Shown here: one piece after another, positions 8,476 to 17,752 of the stretch | Layout of the letters: every line of letters starts with the position of its first letter | How positions within the stretch are numbered: position 1 is the stretch's first letter | DNA from: Burkholderiales bacterium | GTDB taxonomy: Bacteria; Pseudomonadota; Gammaproteobacteria; Burkholderiales; SG8-39 | Reading direction: 5' to 3' | Assembly: GCA_038319115.1 (NCBI GenBank) | Contig: JBBQCV010000001.1 | Coordinates: 1-58,214, forward strand | DNA: 58,214 nucleotides | The notes under the pieces: generated by a model | What the model saw: only the letters and a program-made list of their open reading frames with translations | What the model was told of the DNA's origin: nothing | Database searches by the model: none | Translations under genes and position numbers: made by a program

Positions 8476-9401
8476 GGCGTGCCTTCTTTCAGTCCAAGCA
8501 GTCGGAGCGGATTGGCGACGAGGATCCTGTGCAGCACGGCCTCGTCGGGGGCGAATTCAAACAACGCGTCCAGCAAGCGGCCATCATCGGGCATGCGCAC
8601 CGGATCGAACACGCCGGTGTGTGGCCAGTCGCTGCCCCACAACATCCTGTCGGGCGCGATTTCGATCAGGCGCTGCGCGAACGGAACCACGTCGGCGTAC
8701 GGCGGGCCTGACCGGGTAAGGCGGTCGGCACCACTCAGCTTGACCCAGACGTTGTCCTGCCGCGCCAGTTCGGCCAGCACGCCAAAGGAGTCCTGCGCGA
8801 GGCCGAGCGTGGGATCGATGCGACCCATGTGGTCGATCACAATCGGGACGCGGATGCCCGCGAGCCACGCCTTGAGGCCGGGTAGCGCGGCGCCCTCGAA
8901 GTGCAGCTCGACGAACCACCCCAGGCCGTCAATGCAATCGAGCACGTGATCGAAGACCGCAGGATCAAGCGCGCCGCCATGTTGCGGGTTGAAAGCGAAG
9001 CGCACCCCGCGCGCACCTTGCGCGTGGAGCTTTTCGCATCCTTCGCGGGAGGCCGTGCCGTCCAGGCGCACGACCGCGAGATAGCGCCCCTCCGAGTGCG
9101 CCGCCGCGTCGAGGTCGACCGCGTTGTCGAATCCGTGGGTGTTGGCATGCACCACCAACCCACGCTCGATGCCGAGCGCCCGGTGCATGCGCAGGCACGC
9201 ATCGAGCGGCGCATCCGGTGGCGTGTACTTGCGCTTGGGCGAATAGGCAAAGCGCGCCTGCGGGCCGAGCACATGGAAGTGGGTGTCCCATGCGCCGGCG
9301 GGCAGCGCGCGGCGCGGACGCAAAGGCGCGGGGAGCGGGCCGAGGCAAGCGCGGATCACGGGATCCGGGTTGACGCGCCCGGAACGCTCAGGGATCGACA
9401 A
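8463..9401 (-). CDS. Amidohydrolase-2 family protein (LigI / 2-pyrone-4,6-dicarboxylate hydrolase-like)
   Basis: 312 aa. WDTHFHVLGP (HxH), IVIDHMG, WGSDWPH motifs. Start overlaps the dioxygenase stop by 14 nt. Confidence 0.8.
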   Translation of the reverse strand: MSIPERSGRVNPDPVIRACLGPLPAPLRPRRALPAGAWDTHFHVLGPQARFAYSPKRKYTPPDAPLDACLRMHRALGIERGLVVHANTHGFDNAVDLDAAAHSEGRYLAVVRLDGTASREGCEKLHAQGARGVRFAFNPQHGGALDPAVFDHVLDCIDGLGWFVELHFEGAALPGLKAWLAGIRVPIVIDHMGRIDPTLGLAQDSFGVLAELARQDNVWVKLSGADRLTRSGPPYADVVPFAQRLIEIAPDRMLWGSDWPHTGVFDPVRMPDDGRLLDALFEFAPDEAVLHRILVANPLRLLGLKEGTPWTA

Positions 9402-10095
9402 AGAACGGCGTCTCGCCGTTGCCGCGCAACACGATGTCGAAGCCGAACGCCAACGTGCCGTCGGCGCCGGGCGGAAGCTCGCGCGCGATCAGAGAGGCGC
9501 GCGCTTCGAGGTCATCGATGCCGTTGAGAATCGGGTCGATGTCGTTCAGCTTTTCGTGCGGGAAATAAAGCTGCGTGATGAGCCGCTGCATGACACCCGC
9601 GCCGAAGATGGAAAAATGGATGTGCGGCGGGCGGTACCAGTCGTCATACCCGGGGTTGGGGTAATCGCCCGGCTTGATGGTCGTGAAGCGATAGCGCCCT
9701 TCGCTGTCGGTGAGCATCCGGCCATAGCCTTTGAAGTTCGGGTCGACCGGCTCGGGCGTCTGGTCGACCGGGTGCTCGTACTTGCCCCACTTGTTGGCCT
9801 GCCATACCTCCACCAGCGCACCGCGCACCGGCTTGCCCGATTCATCGAAGACCTGCCCGCTTACCACGATGGGCACACCCTGCGCCCGCGCGCCACCTGG
9901 CACCTTGCAGGCAAGGTCGTCCTCGCCCGGGTCGATGAGTGCCTGCGGGTAGAACGGCCCGACCGTCTGCGAGGGCGTGACCACCCGCACCGGCCCGGCC
10001 GGCGTGCGCGACTCGTGCACGCGATAGCCCTTGATGAGCTCGAGGCGCCGCTTGTCGACGAAAACAGAGGGATGTGGAATTGGTTTATCAGTCAT
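9388..10095 (-). CDS. Intradiol ring-cleavage dioxygenase, protocatechuate 3,4-dioxygenase beta-subunit-like
   Basis: Trimmed from ORF 9388..11130 to MTDKPIPH (CAT at 10093..10095), 235 aa. TVGPFYP, GRYRFTTIKPGDYP and YRPPHIHFSIF (His ligands) are typical of intradiol dioxygenases. Confidence 0.8.
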   Translation of the reverse strand: MTDKPIPHPSVFVDKRRLELIKGYRVHESRTPAGPVRVVTPSQTVGPFYPQALIDPGEDDLACKVPGGARAQGVPIVVSGQVFDESGKPVRGALVEVWQANKWGKYEHPVDQTPEPVDPNFKGYGRMLTDSEGRYRFTTIKPGDYPNPGYDDWYRPPHIHFSIFGAGVMQRLITQLYFPHEKLNDIDPILNGIDDLEARASLIARELPPGADGTLAFGFDIVLRGNGETPFFVDP

Positions 10096-10178
10096 AGATA
10101 AGTAGTAAAAGCTCAGCCAAAAAAGGGAGAGATGGGAGGGGGTAACGGGGGAACCGCAGGTGCCCCTGTTCCGAGCGC

Positions 10179-11156
10179 TTAGTTTACTTTGGCACCCGTC
10201 TGCCGGATCACCTTGCCCCAGCGCGGGATCTCGGTGCGGATCCATTCGGCGAACTGCTCGGGCGAGCCGGCCACCATCTCGAACTCGACCGCGAGCAGCT
10301 TGTCGCGCACTTCGGGCAGGTGGAGGATGCGCACGATCTCGCGGTTGTAGCGCTCGATGATCGGCCGTGGCGTGCCGCCGGTGGTGAGGAAGCCGATCCA
10401 CGCCACCGCCTCGAAGTCGGGAAAGCCCGACTCGATCATGGTCGGCACCGAAGGCGTCGAGGCGAAGCGCTTGCGCCCGGTCGATGCGAGAAGTCGGATC
10501 TGACCCGACTTTACGTATTGCAGCACGTTGCCCGGCACGAAGAACGCCGTCTGCACGTTGCCGCCGAGGAGGTCGGTCACCGCCGGCGCCGAGCCCTTGT
10601 AGGGCACATGCACGATATTGACGCCGGCGGCGGTCTTCAGCATCTCCATGGTCAGGTGCGAAGCGCTGCCCACGGCGATCGACGCGTAGCTGAGCTTGCC
10701 CGGCTGGGCCTTGGCCAGCGCCACCAGCTCGCCCACCGTGTGCGCGGGCACGCTCGGGTGGACGGTGAGGAACTGCGGCGCGGTCACGGCCAGCGTGATC
10801 GGCGCCAGGTCTTTGACCGGGTCGTACGGCATCTTCGCGAACAACGAGACGTTGACCGCGATCGGCCCGTTGTAGCCGATCAGCAGCATGTGGCCGTCCG
10901 GCGCCGCCTTGGCCACCATGTCCGCGCCGATGTTGCCACCCGCGCCACCCTTGTTCTCCACCACGATCGGCTGGCCGAGCGCCTCCTGCAATTTGGGCGC
11001 GACCAGGCGCGCGACGAGGTCGTTGGTGCCGCCGAGCACCGGCACGATGATGCGCACCGGCTTGGTCGGCGACCACTCCTGCGACTGCGCGTGCATCGGC
11101 AGCAGCACCGCAGCCGCGCCCAAGGCACAAATGACTCTACGCATCGAATTCCTCAT
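10179..11156 (-). CDS. Bug-family (TctC-like) tripartite tricarboxylate transporter substrate-binding protein
   Basis: 325 aa. Signal peptide, then PTKPVRIIVPVLGGTNDL, VENKGGAGGNIG, PYKGSAPAVTDLLGG. ATGA overlap with the upstream Rieske gene stop. Confidence 0.9.
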   Translation of the reverse strand: MRNSMRRVICALGAAAVLLPMHAQSQEWSPTKPVRIIVPVLGGTNDLVARLVAPKLQEALGQPIVVENKGGAGGNIGADMVAKAAPDGHMLLIGYNGPIAVNVSLFAKMPYDPVKDLAPITLAVTAPQFLTVHPSVPAHTVGELVALAKAQPGKLSYASIAVGSASHLTMEMLKTAAGVNIVHVPYKGSAPAVTDLLGGNVQTAFFVPGNVLQYVKSGQIRLLASTGRKRFASTPSVPTMIESGFPDFEAVAWIGFLTTGGTPRPIIERYNREIVRILHLPEVRDKLLAVEFEMVAGSPEQFAEWIRTEIPRWGKVIRQTGAKVN

Positions 11157-12424
11157 AGTGAAAATACCGGCTGGGCCAACTCATCGTAAAGTGCTTCGTT
11201 CGCCCAGTCCGTCACGCTCGCATTGCGGTCAAGAAGCACCGATGCGGCGCGCACGCGCTGCGCTGCCGCGTCCAGCGCCGGCGGTTCGATGCCCTGCGAG
11301 AGGTTGAGCGCGGCATTGAACAGGATGCGCCGCGCCATCGCGATCGGCTTGTCGGTGGCGACGAGGTGCTCGCGCGAATGGTCCTGGATCGGGCCCATGC
11401 TTTCCTGCAGCGAGGCGTCCTGTACCGAGAACCCTTCGACGCCGCTGAACGAGCGCATTTCCTTCTGCGCGCGTCGGTCGATGAGGTAGTCGTTGTCCTT
11501 GTTGGCCGCGGGACGGAAGCTGCCAGGCTCGTATTTCACGTGGATGCCCTTGCCCTCCTCGAGGTCGCGGCGCTCCTCAATGGAAAGCGGCTTGTCGGGA
11601 TAGAAGTTGATGCTCCACGCCCAGCAGTGTTCGTCGTCGATGGGCACCCACACGTGCCCGCCCAGCGGGTGCGGCCCGAACGGCGGGATCAGCGTGTACC
11701 ACGGAAACAGGAACTGGGTGACGCGCCAGTAATAGGAATCGGCCTCGCCATTGCGGCGCCCGTAGATCGACAGCCCGTGCGGCATTTCGTGGACGTCGAA
11801 CACCGCGTTGCGGTCGGCCTTGATGTACTTGTTGGCGGCCGCTTCGCGGTGCATTGGGTCGATGTCCAGCTCGTAGCGATGCACCCACGAGGCGTGGGTG
11901 GTGTCAATGCCCCCTTCCATGGCCTGCAGCCAGCTGCATTCCTGCAGGCGCTTGGAGGCGTAGCGATGGCTCTCGGGCAGCCCGCACCACTCGACTTCGG
12001 GCGGGGCCGGCTGCTTGTCCTTGGGGCCCATGTAGGCCCACACCAGCCCGCCGCGCTCCACGCACGGGTAGGCGGTGATGCTCATCTTGGCCGCGAGCGC
12101 CGGGACCGAGGGCAGTTCCACGCACTGGCCGGTGCGGTCGAATTTCCAGCCGTGATACGAGCAGCGAATGCCGTGCTCCTCGTTGCGCCCGAAGAACAGC
12201 GACACGCCGCGGTGGGCGCAGAACTCGTCGATGAGGCTGGCACGCCCTTCGGTGTCGCGAAAGGCCAGCAGCCGCTCGCCGAGGATCTTTACGCGCACCT
12301 GGGGCCCGTCGGGCTCGGCGATCTCGGACGAGGACACGATGGGCACCCAGTACCTGCGCATGAGCTTGCCCATCGGCGTGTCCGGCCCGACGCGCACCAG
12401 CACTTCGGCCATTTCCTTGTTCAT
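11153..12424 (-). CDS. Rieske 2Fe-2S aromatic ring-hydroxylating oxygenase, alpha-only (phthalate/VanA-type family)
   Basis: Trimmed to MNKEMAEV (CAT at 12422..12424), 423 aa. Rieske motif CAHRG..(16)..CSYHGW. Mononuclear iron motif DTTHASWVH (Dx2Hx4H). Confidence 0.85.
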   Translation of the reverse strand: MNKEMAEVLVRVGPDTPMGKLMRRYWVPIVSSSEIAEPDGPQVRVKILGERLLAFRDTEGRASLIDEFCAHRGVSLFFGRNEEHGIRCSYHGWKFDRTGQCVELPSVPALAAKMSITAYPCVERGGLVWAYMGPKDKQPAPPEVEWCGLPESHRYASKRLQECSWLQAMEGGIDTTHASWVHRYELDIDPMHREAAANKYIKADRNAVFDVHEMPHGLSIYGRRNGEADSYYWRVTQFLFPWYTLIPPFGPHPLGGHVWVPIDDEHCWAWSINFYPDKPLSIEERRDLEEGKGIHVKYEPGSFRPAANKDNDYLIDRRAQKEMRSFSGVEGFSVQDASLQESMGPIQDHSREHLVATDKPIAMARRILFNAALNLSQGIEPPALDAAAQRVRAASVLLDRNASVTDWANEALYDELAQPVFSL

Positions 12425-12538
12425 GTGGTCTCTCCTTGGACGCCTGGAACCGGCAGGGTGCGCCGGGGCCGGGCTCGCCCGGGCACCGCGGCGCAATGAA
12501 AAACCATTCTCGCAGGCGGTCCGGCGCTGTCAAGCGAT

Positions 12539-14170
12539 ATGCCGAAACTGCAATGCAATCGGCAGGCCATCGCGGGCGGGCCGCTAAAATGCGCACTGGC
12601 AGCACAGGACGCCGGGCCGGTTCACATGCAGGACGAGGCAACAGCGCACGAAGGAATGACCGGCACCGCCGCCGGGCACGCGCCGGACGAAGGCTATGTC
12701 ACGGCGCTCGACTATACCTACCGCTACTGTCCCGTGCTCGCGCCTGCGCGCATCGCGCTTGCGTGTGCCGCGCGCGGCATCGCGCCCCCCGCCAATCCGG
12801 CGCCCCGCTACCTCGAGCTCGCCATCGGCCAGGGCGTTTCGCTCAACATCCATGCGGCAGCCTGCCCCGGCGCGTTCGAGGGAGTCGACTTCAATCCACG
12901 GCACGCCGCGAACGCCAGGGAGCTCGCCGCCGCCTCCACTGCCGCAGTGCGTGTCTCGGATGACTCCTTCGAGAGTTTCCTCGCCCGTCGCGTTGGTGTG
13001 CAGTTCGACCACATCACGCTGCATGGCACCTGGTCATGGATATCGGCTGCGAACCGCCACCTCGTGGTGGAGATCCTGCGCCGCCACCTCGCTCCCGGCG
13101 GCGCGTGCCTCGTCAGCTACAACTGCCTGCCCGGATGGGCCGCGGAGATTCCGCTGCGGCGGCTCTTGACGCTGCATGCGTCGCTCGCACCCGCGGACCA
13201 GCCCCTCTCCGCAAGGATCGATTCGGCGCTTGGATTCGTGCAGTGCCTGCACGAGGCGGGCGCAGGCTACTTCGATGCGCACCCGCGGCTGGGGGCATGG
13301 CTGGAACGCCTGCAGCGTCAGGACCGCGCCTACCTCGCGCACGAATACTTCAACCGCGACTGGCATCCGGCCACCTCCGACGAAGTGGCGCAGGCGATGG
13401 CCGGGGCGGGCCTCGAGTTCGCCACCAGCACCGGCCTCGCCGAACAAGCCGAAGCCACCGGCTTCGCCGCGGCCGCGCGCGATGTCATTGAGTCGATCGC
13501 GCAACCTGCCCTGCGCGAGGCCGTCCTCGACCTGGTCGCGCACCGGTCTTTTCGCAGCGACATCTTCGTGCGCAACGGCCCCCTCCGCGCAGCCGGCGCT
13601 CCGTACGAGAACATCGCGGATGTGCGCTTCGTTTTGCTCCAGCATCCCGATTACCTGCCGGGCAGCGCCCAGATCGGGCGCACCAGGTACGCGCTGCCCG
13701 CCGAGGTGTACCGCCCGTTCGCAATCGCCATGGCCGCGCAGGACTACGCGCCCAAGTCGCTCCGCGACCTTGCGGCCCACCCGGAATGCCGGCACCTGGG
13801 TGGCGCACAACTCGCGCAGGCCGCGCTGGTGCTGACCGACGCGGGCTGCCTGCACCCGACACAGCCACCGGCCGACCGCGCGCTGGCGGCCCGCCGCTGC
13901 GCCGGACTGAACGCGCTCATCCTCAAACGCGCCGCCACCGCGACCGAGATCACCGCGCTGGCCTCGCCGCTCTTGGGCGCCGGGGTGGCGGTTGCGCGCG
14001 AGGAAATGCTGTTCCTGCGCGCCCGCTTGCAAGGCCTGCAAGACCACGACGAATGGGCCCGCCATGCGTGGGAAAGCATGGGCGCAGGCGATCCTGCCCT
14101 GCTGCGCTCCGCCGCGCGCGCGTTCGCGCGCATCCGGCTGCCGGTGCTCAGGGCCGTAGGCGTGGCATGA
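12539..14170 (+). CDS. Class I SAM-methyltransferase-like protein with a methyltransferase regulatory domain
   Basis: 543 aa (alternative start ATG at 12626). GYVTALDYTYRYCP, YLELAIGQG (motif I position), FEGVDFNP, ITLHGTWSWIS and VSYNCLPGW match the pattern I recall for this family. Confidence 0.7.
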   Translation: MPKLQCNRQAIAGGPLKCALAAQDAGPVHMQDEATAHEGMTGTAAGHAPDEGYVTALDYTYRYCPVLAPARIALACAARGIAPPANPAPRYLELAIGQGVSLNIHAAACPGAFEGVDFNPRHAANARELAAASTAAVRVSDDSFESFLARRVGVQFDHITLHGTWSWISAANRHLVVEILRRHLAPGGACLVSYNCLPGWAAEIPLRRLLTLHASLAPADQPLSARIDSALGFVQCLHEAGAGYFDAHPRLGAWLERLQRQDRAYLAHEYFNRDWHPATSDEVAQAMAGAGLEFATSTGLAEQAEATGFAAAARDVIESIAQPALREAVLDLVAHRSFRSDIFVRNGPLRAAGAPYENIADVRFVLLQHPDYLPGSAQIGRTRYALPAEVYRPFAIAMAAQDYAPKSLRDLAAHPECRHLGGAQLAQAALVLTDAGCLHPTQPPADRALAARRCAGLNALILKRAATATEITALASPLLGAGVAVAREEMLFLRARLQGLQDHDEWARHAWESMGAGDPALLRSAARAFARIRLPVLRAVGVA

Positions 14171-14192
14171 GCACACCACGGGACGCTTTCAC

Positions 14193-15110
14193 ATGAGCCC
14201 GCCCGAGTGGCTCTGGATCCCGGTCACGGTCTGGGCGGCGTTTGCCCAGACACTGCGCAATGCCGCGCAACGCAGCCTGGTCCAGGAACTCGGCACGCTC
14301 GGCGCCACGTTGGTGCGATTCCTGTACGGGCTGCCTTTCGCGATCCTGTGGCTCGTCGGCGTTCAAGCCGCGGGAGGGTACGCAATGCCGGCGCCGAACC
14401 TCATGTTCGCGGCGTGGGTGAGCTTCGGCGCCCTCAGCCAGATCATCGCCACCGCGTTGCTGCTGCGCGTGATGGCGGAGCGCAACTTCACCCTCGGCGT
14501 GGCGTATTCCAAGACCGAGATCCTGCAGGTCGCCCTGTTCGGGCTGCTGGTGCTCGGCGACCCGCTCACGGCCGCCACCGCGCTTGCGGTCGCCTGCGGC
14601 ACGCTCGGCGTCCTGCTGCTGTCCCCGGCCGACCGCGAGCGGCCGCTTCGCACCATGCTGGCCGGATGGACTTCGACACCGGCGCTGCTCGGGATGGCTT
14701 CGGGAACGTTCTTCGCGTTTTCGGCGATCGGCTTTCGCGGCGCGGCGCTGTCGCTTGCGGACACCCCCTTCATGATGTCGGCCGCGGTAACCCTCGTCGC
14801 CGCCCAGGCGCTGCAGACCATCGCGCTCGGCGGATGGCTGCTCGCGCGCAACCCGCCAGTGGTCGTGCGTGTGCTCCGCGCCTGGCGGCGCTCGCTGTTC
14901 GCCGGCCTCATGGGCGCGGCGGCCTCGGCCGGATGGTTCACCGCGATGGCGATCGAGCCGGTCGCGCATGTGCGCACGCTGGGCCTGGTGGAATTGGTGT
15001 TCGCTTCGATCGTGTCGCGGCGCCTGTTTCGCGAGCGGCTTTCACGGCTCGAACTCGCCGGCATGGCGCTGTTGGCGATGGGAGTGGCGATCGTGACGCT
15101 GGGAAGCTAG
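14193..15110 (+). CDS. EamA/DMT-family membrane transporter
   Basis: 305 aa, about 10 hydrophobic segments, two-repeat organisation typical of the drug/metabolite transporter family. Confidence 0.7.
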   Translation: MSPPEWLWIPVTVWAAFAQTLRNAAQRSLVQELGTLGATLVRFLYGLPFAILWLVGVQAAGGYAMPAPNLMFAAWVSFGALSQIIATALLLRVMAERNFTLGVAYSKTEILQVALFGLLVLGDPLTAATALAVACGTLGVLLLSPADRERPLRTMLAGWTSTPALLGMASGTFFAFSAIGFRGAALSLADTPFMMSAAVTLVAAQALQTIALGGWLLARNPPVVVRVLRAWRRSLFAGLMGAAASAGWFTAMAIEPVAHVRTLGLVELVFASIVSRRLFRERLSRLELAGMALLAMGVAIVTLGS

Positions 15111-15181
15111 CAGCGAGGCGAATATTCCAGCGTCGTGACTCAGGGTAGAGAGCGGTCCCGGGCGCGCACCGCCGCGTCGTT

Positions 15182-16723
15182 TCAGGCCATGCCGATCGGC
15201 TCGCCGAGTGTTTCCGCGACCTTCCCGGGGCGCTCGCGCATGAGGTCGTGCAGGCGCTTTTGCACGCTCGCATAAGCCGGGTCGCCGAAGCGGTTGACCG
15301 TCTCGGCCGGGTCGTTCACGAGGTCGTACAGTTCCCCCGCACCGCTGCCCAACTCGAAGGTTGCCTTGTGCGTTTTGGTGCGCACCGTGCGCAGTTGCAG
15401 CGCCACGCCGCAGCGCGAGGGGTGAACGTGCCACTCGCTCCACGCCGCGTTGCGGGTTTCCTCGCCTCCGCCCAGCAGTGTCGCAAGCGACCGGCCCTGC
15501 TGCGGCAGCGCCGGCTCCACGCCGGCCATTTCGCAGAAAGTGGCGGCGAGGTCGAGCGTGGACACCGGCTCGTCGACCACGCGACCGCTCGCCACGCCGG
15601 GGCCCGCGGCGAGCATGTTGACCCGAAGCAGATCCTCGAGCGGCCAGGGCCCCTTGAGGTAGAGCCCGTGGTTGCCGAGCATCTCGCCATGGTCGGTGGT
15701 GAACACCACGAGCGTGTCTTCCTCCAGCCCCAGGTCGGCGAGCCTGGACAGGATCCGCCCGACGTTGTGGTCGATGAGCGAAATCATGCCGTAGTAGTTC
15801 GCCGTCATCTGCGCGAGCTGCGCGTCGGTCTGGCGCGGCATGCGCGAGACCTTGGCGCGCAGGTGACGGAATTCCGCGTCGGCCAGCTGCGGCGTGCCCT
15901 CGAGCGTGGCCTTGTACCACCACGGGCGCAGGAAGGGATCTTCGCCGCGCGTGGCCGGCAGGGGCACGTCCTTCGGGTCGTGCAGCAGGCTCCACGGCAC
16001 CGGGCAGTCGAAAGGCTGGTGCGGATCGGGAAACGAGACCCACGCGCAAAACGGCTTGGACGCATCGCGCTGCTCGAGCCAGCTCACGGTGCGGTCGCCA
16101 AGCCAGGCGCTCGAATGCCAGGCGCACGGCAACGCCGAATGCCAGGTCTGCGCCGCGCCGCCGGTGTCCGGGCCGGTGGCTGCAGTGCACAGCGCGATCA
16201 TCGATTCCTCGTCCCCGCGCGACAGGAGCCAGCGCTCATAGTGGCCCACAGGCGGGCGCTCGAGCGGCATCGGGTTGTTGATGTGCCCCAGCACGATGAG
16301 TTCCACGTGCTCGAAGCCCATGTACGGCCCGCGCCAGGCGTCGCCGAACTTTGCGCCGCTGCGCATGCACTCGGGCGTGCCGGTGGGCTGGAAGGTCGCC
16401 TTGGTGGCGAAGTGCGCCTTGCCCAGGTACAGCGTGTCGTAGCCCGACTGCGCGAGCGTGCCGGCGAAGCCTTTCTCACCGACGCGCGGGTCGAGGTCCA
16501 CGCCGTTGTCCCACACCCCGTGCGTAAGCGGCAACTGGCCGGTGAGGATCGAGGCACGCGAAGGCTGGCACACGAGGTTGGGCGTGATGCAGGCCGAGAA
16601 ACGCGTGCCCGACTGCGCCAGGCGGTCGAGGTGCGGCGTTCGCACGGCCGGGTTCTGGATACCGAAGCAGTCGGCGCGATGCTGGTCGGAGGTGATGAGG
16701 AGGATATTGGGTCGTTTCGTCAT
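15182..16723 (-). CDS. Cys-type sulfatase (arylsulfatase family)
   Basis: Trimmed from ORF 15182..17377 to MTKRPNILLITSDQHRAD (CAT at 16721..16723), 513 aa. Formylglycine target motif CQPSRASILTG. TTDHGEMLG. Confidence 0.85.
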   Translation of the reverse strand: MTKRPNILLITSDQHRADCFGIQNPAVRTPHLDRLAQSGTRFSACITPNLVCQPSRASILTGQLPLTHGVWDNGVDLDPRVGEKGFAGTLAQSGYDTLYLGKAHFATKATFQPTGTPECMRSGAKFGDAWRGPYMGFEHVELIVLGHINNPMPLERPPVGHYERWLLSRGDEESMIALCTAATGPDTGGAAQTWHSALPCAWHSSAWLGDRTVSWLEQRDASKPFCAWVSFPDPHQPFDCPVPWSLLHDPKDVPLPATRGEDPFLRPWWYKATLEGTPQLADAEFRHLRAKVSRMPRQTDAQLAQMTANYYGMISLIDHNVGRILSRLADLGLEEDTLVVFTTDHGEMLGNHGLYLKGPWPLEDLLRVNMLAAGPGVASGRVVDEPVSTLDLAATFCEMAGVEPALPQQGRSLATLLGGGEETRNAAWSEWHVHPSRCGVALQLRTVRTKTHKATFELGSGAGELYDLVNDPAETVNRFGDPAYASVQKRLHDLMRERPGKVAETLGEPIGMA

Positions 16724-16735
16724 ATGATAGGCGGC

Positions 16736-17716
16736 ATGTATAGCCGCTTCCGCAAGTTGGTCCGCCCCGCCCTGCTCGCCGCAATGCTTGCGCCGTGCGT
16801 GGCGGTTGCGCAGAACTATCCCACGAAACCCATCCATTTGATCGCGCCGTTCGCACCCGGCGGGGTCATGGACCTCACCGCGCGCTCGGTGGCCGCACCG
16901 CTGCAGGAGAGCGTGGGGCAGTCGGTGATCATCGAGAACCGCGCCGGCGGCGGCGGTAACATCGGCACCGACCTCGTCGCGCGCGCCACCCCGGACGGCT
17001 ACACGCTGCTCATGCTCGGCGACAACAACACCATCGCCCCGGCGCTCTACTCCAAGCTCAACCACGACGTGCTGAAGGATTTCGTGCCGATCACCGCGCT
17101 GGTGACCGGCTCGCACATCCTCGTCGCGCATCCGTCGCTGCCGATCAACAGCGTGAAGGAACTCATCGCGGCGGCGAAAAAGGACCCGGGGCAGCTCAGC
17201 TACGCATCGCCCGGCAACGGCACCGCCCAGCACCTGGGCGTCGAACTGCTCAAGCTCATGGCCGGCAACCTGCAGATCACCCACATCCCGTACAAGGGCG
17301 GCGGCCAGGCGATCGGCGACGTGGTGGGCGGACAGGTGAAGCTCGCCATCCTCGGCCTCGCACCGGCGCTGCCGCACCTCAAGTCGGGCAAGCTCAAGGC
17401 CCTCGCGGTCACCGGCCGGCAGCGCGTCGCGCTGTTACCGAATGTACCCACAGTGGCCGAATCGGGCCTCCCGGGATTCGAAACCCTGCAGTGGTATGGC
17501 GTGGCAGCCCCTGCCGGCACGCCACCGGCCGTCATTGCGAAGCTGTACACCGAACTCACCAAGGCCATCCGCCAGCCCGCGGTGAGCGAGCGCTTGGCTG
17601 CGGCCGGTATGGAGATTGCCCCGAGTGCGAGTCCTGCGGAGTTTGCGAAGTTCGTGCGCGAAGACCTCGCGCGGTGGCCCGCCATCGTCAAGGCTGCGGG
17701 CGCCAAGGTCGACTAG
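16736..17716 (+). CDS. Bug-family (TctC-like) substrate-binding protein
   Basis: Trimmed from ORF 15248..17716 to MYSRFRKLV (alternative ATG at 16724). Signal peptide, YPTKPIHLIAPFAPGGVMD, ENRAGGGGNIG, PYKGGGQAIGDVVGG. Confidence 0.9.
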   Translation: MYSRFRKLVRPALLAAMLAPCVAVAQNYPTKPIHLIAPFAPGGVMDLTARSVAAPLQESVGQSVIIENRAGGGGNIGTDLVARATPDGYTLLMLGDNNTIAPALYSKLNHDVLKDFVPITALVTGSHILVAHPSLPINSVKELIAAAKKDPGQLSYASPGNGTAQHLGVELLKLMAGNLQITHIPYKGGGQAIGDVVGGQVKLAILGLAPALPHLKSGKLKALAVTGRQRVALLPNVPTVAESGLPGFETLQWYGVAAPAGTPPAVIAKLYTELTKAIRQPAVSERLAAAGMEIAPSASPAEFAKFVREDLARWPAIVKAAGAKVD

Positions 17717-17752
17717 GGCCGGGAGCGGACCGCCCCCCGTGTGCCGGGACGG

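Noticed and set aside
5552-8949. 436-aa plus-strand ORF at 5552..6862 and 440-aa plus-strand ORF at 7627..8949
   Set aside because: They are antisense to the diiron, SDR and amidohydrolase genes, with the same spurious high-GC composition and no motifs.
10096-10178. Sigma-54-like TGGC..N..TTAC element and a bulged GC hairpin in the Bug to dioxygenase spacer (minus strand)
   Set aside because: The -12 element lacks the GC dinucleotide and would sit only about 10 nt from the ATG. The hairpin is not followed by an adjacent U-tract. Neither is convincing as a promoter or a terminator.
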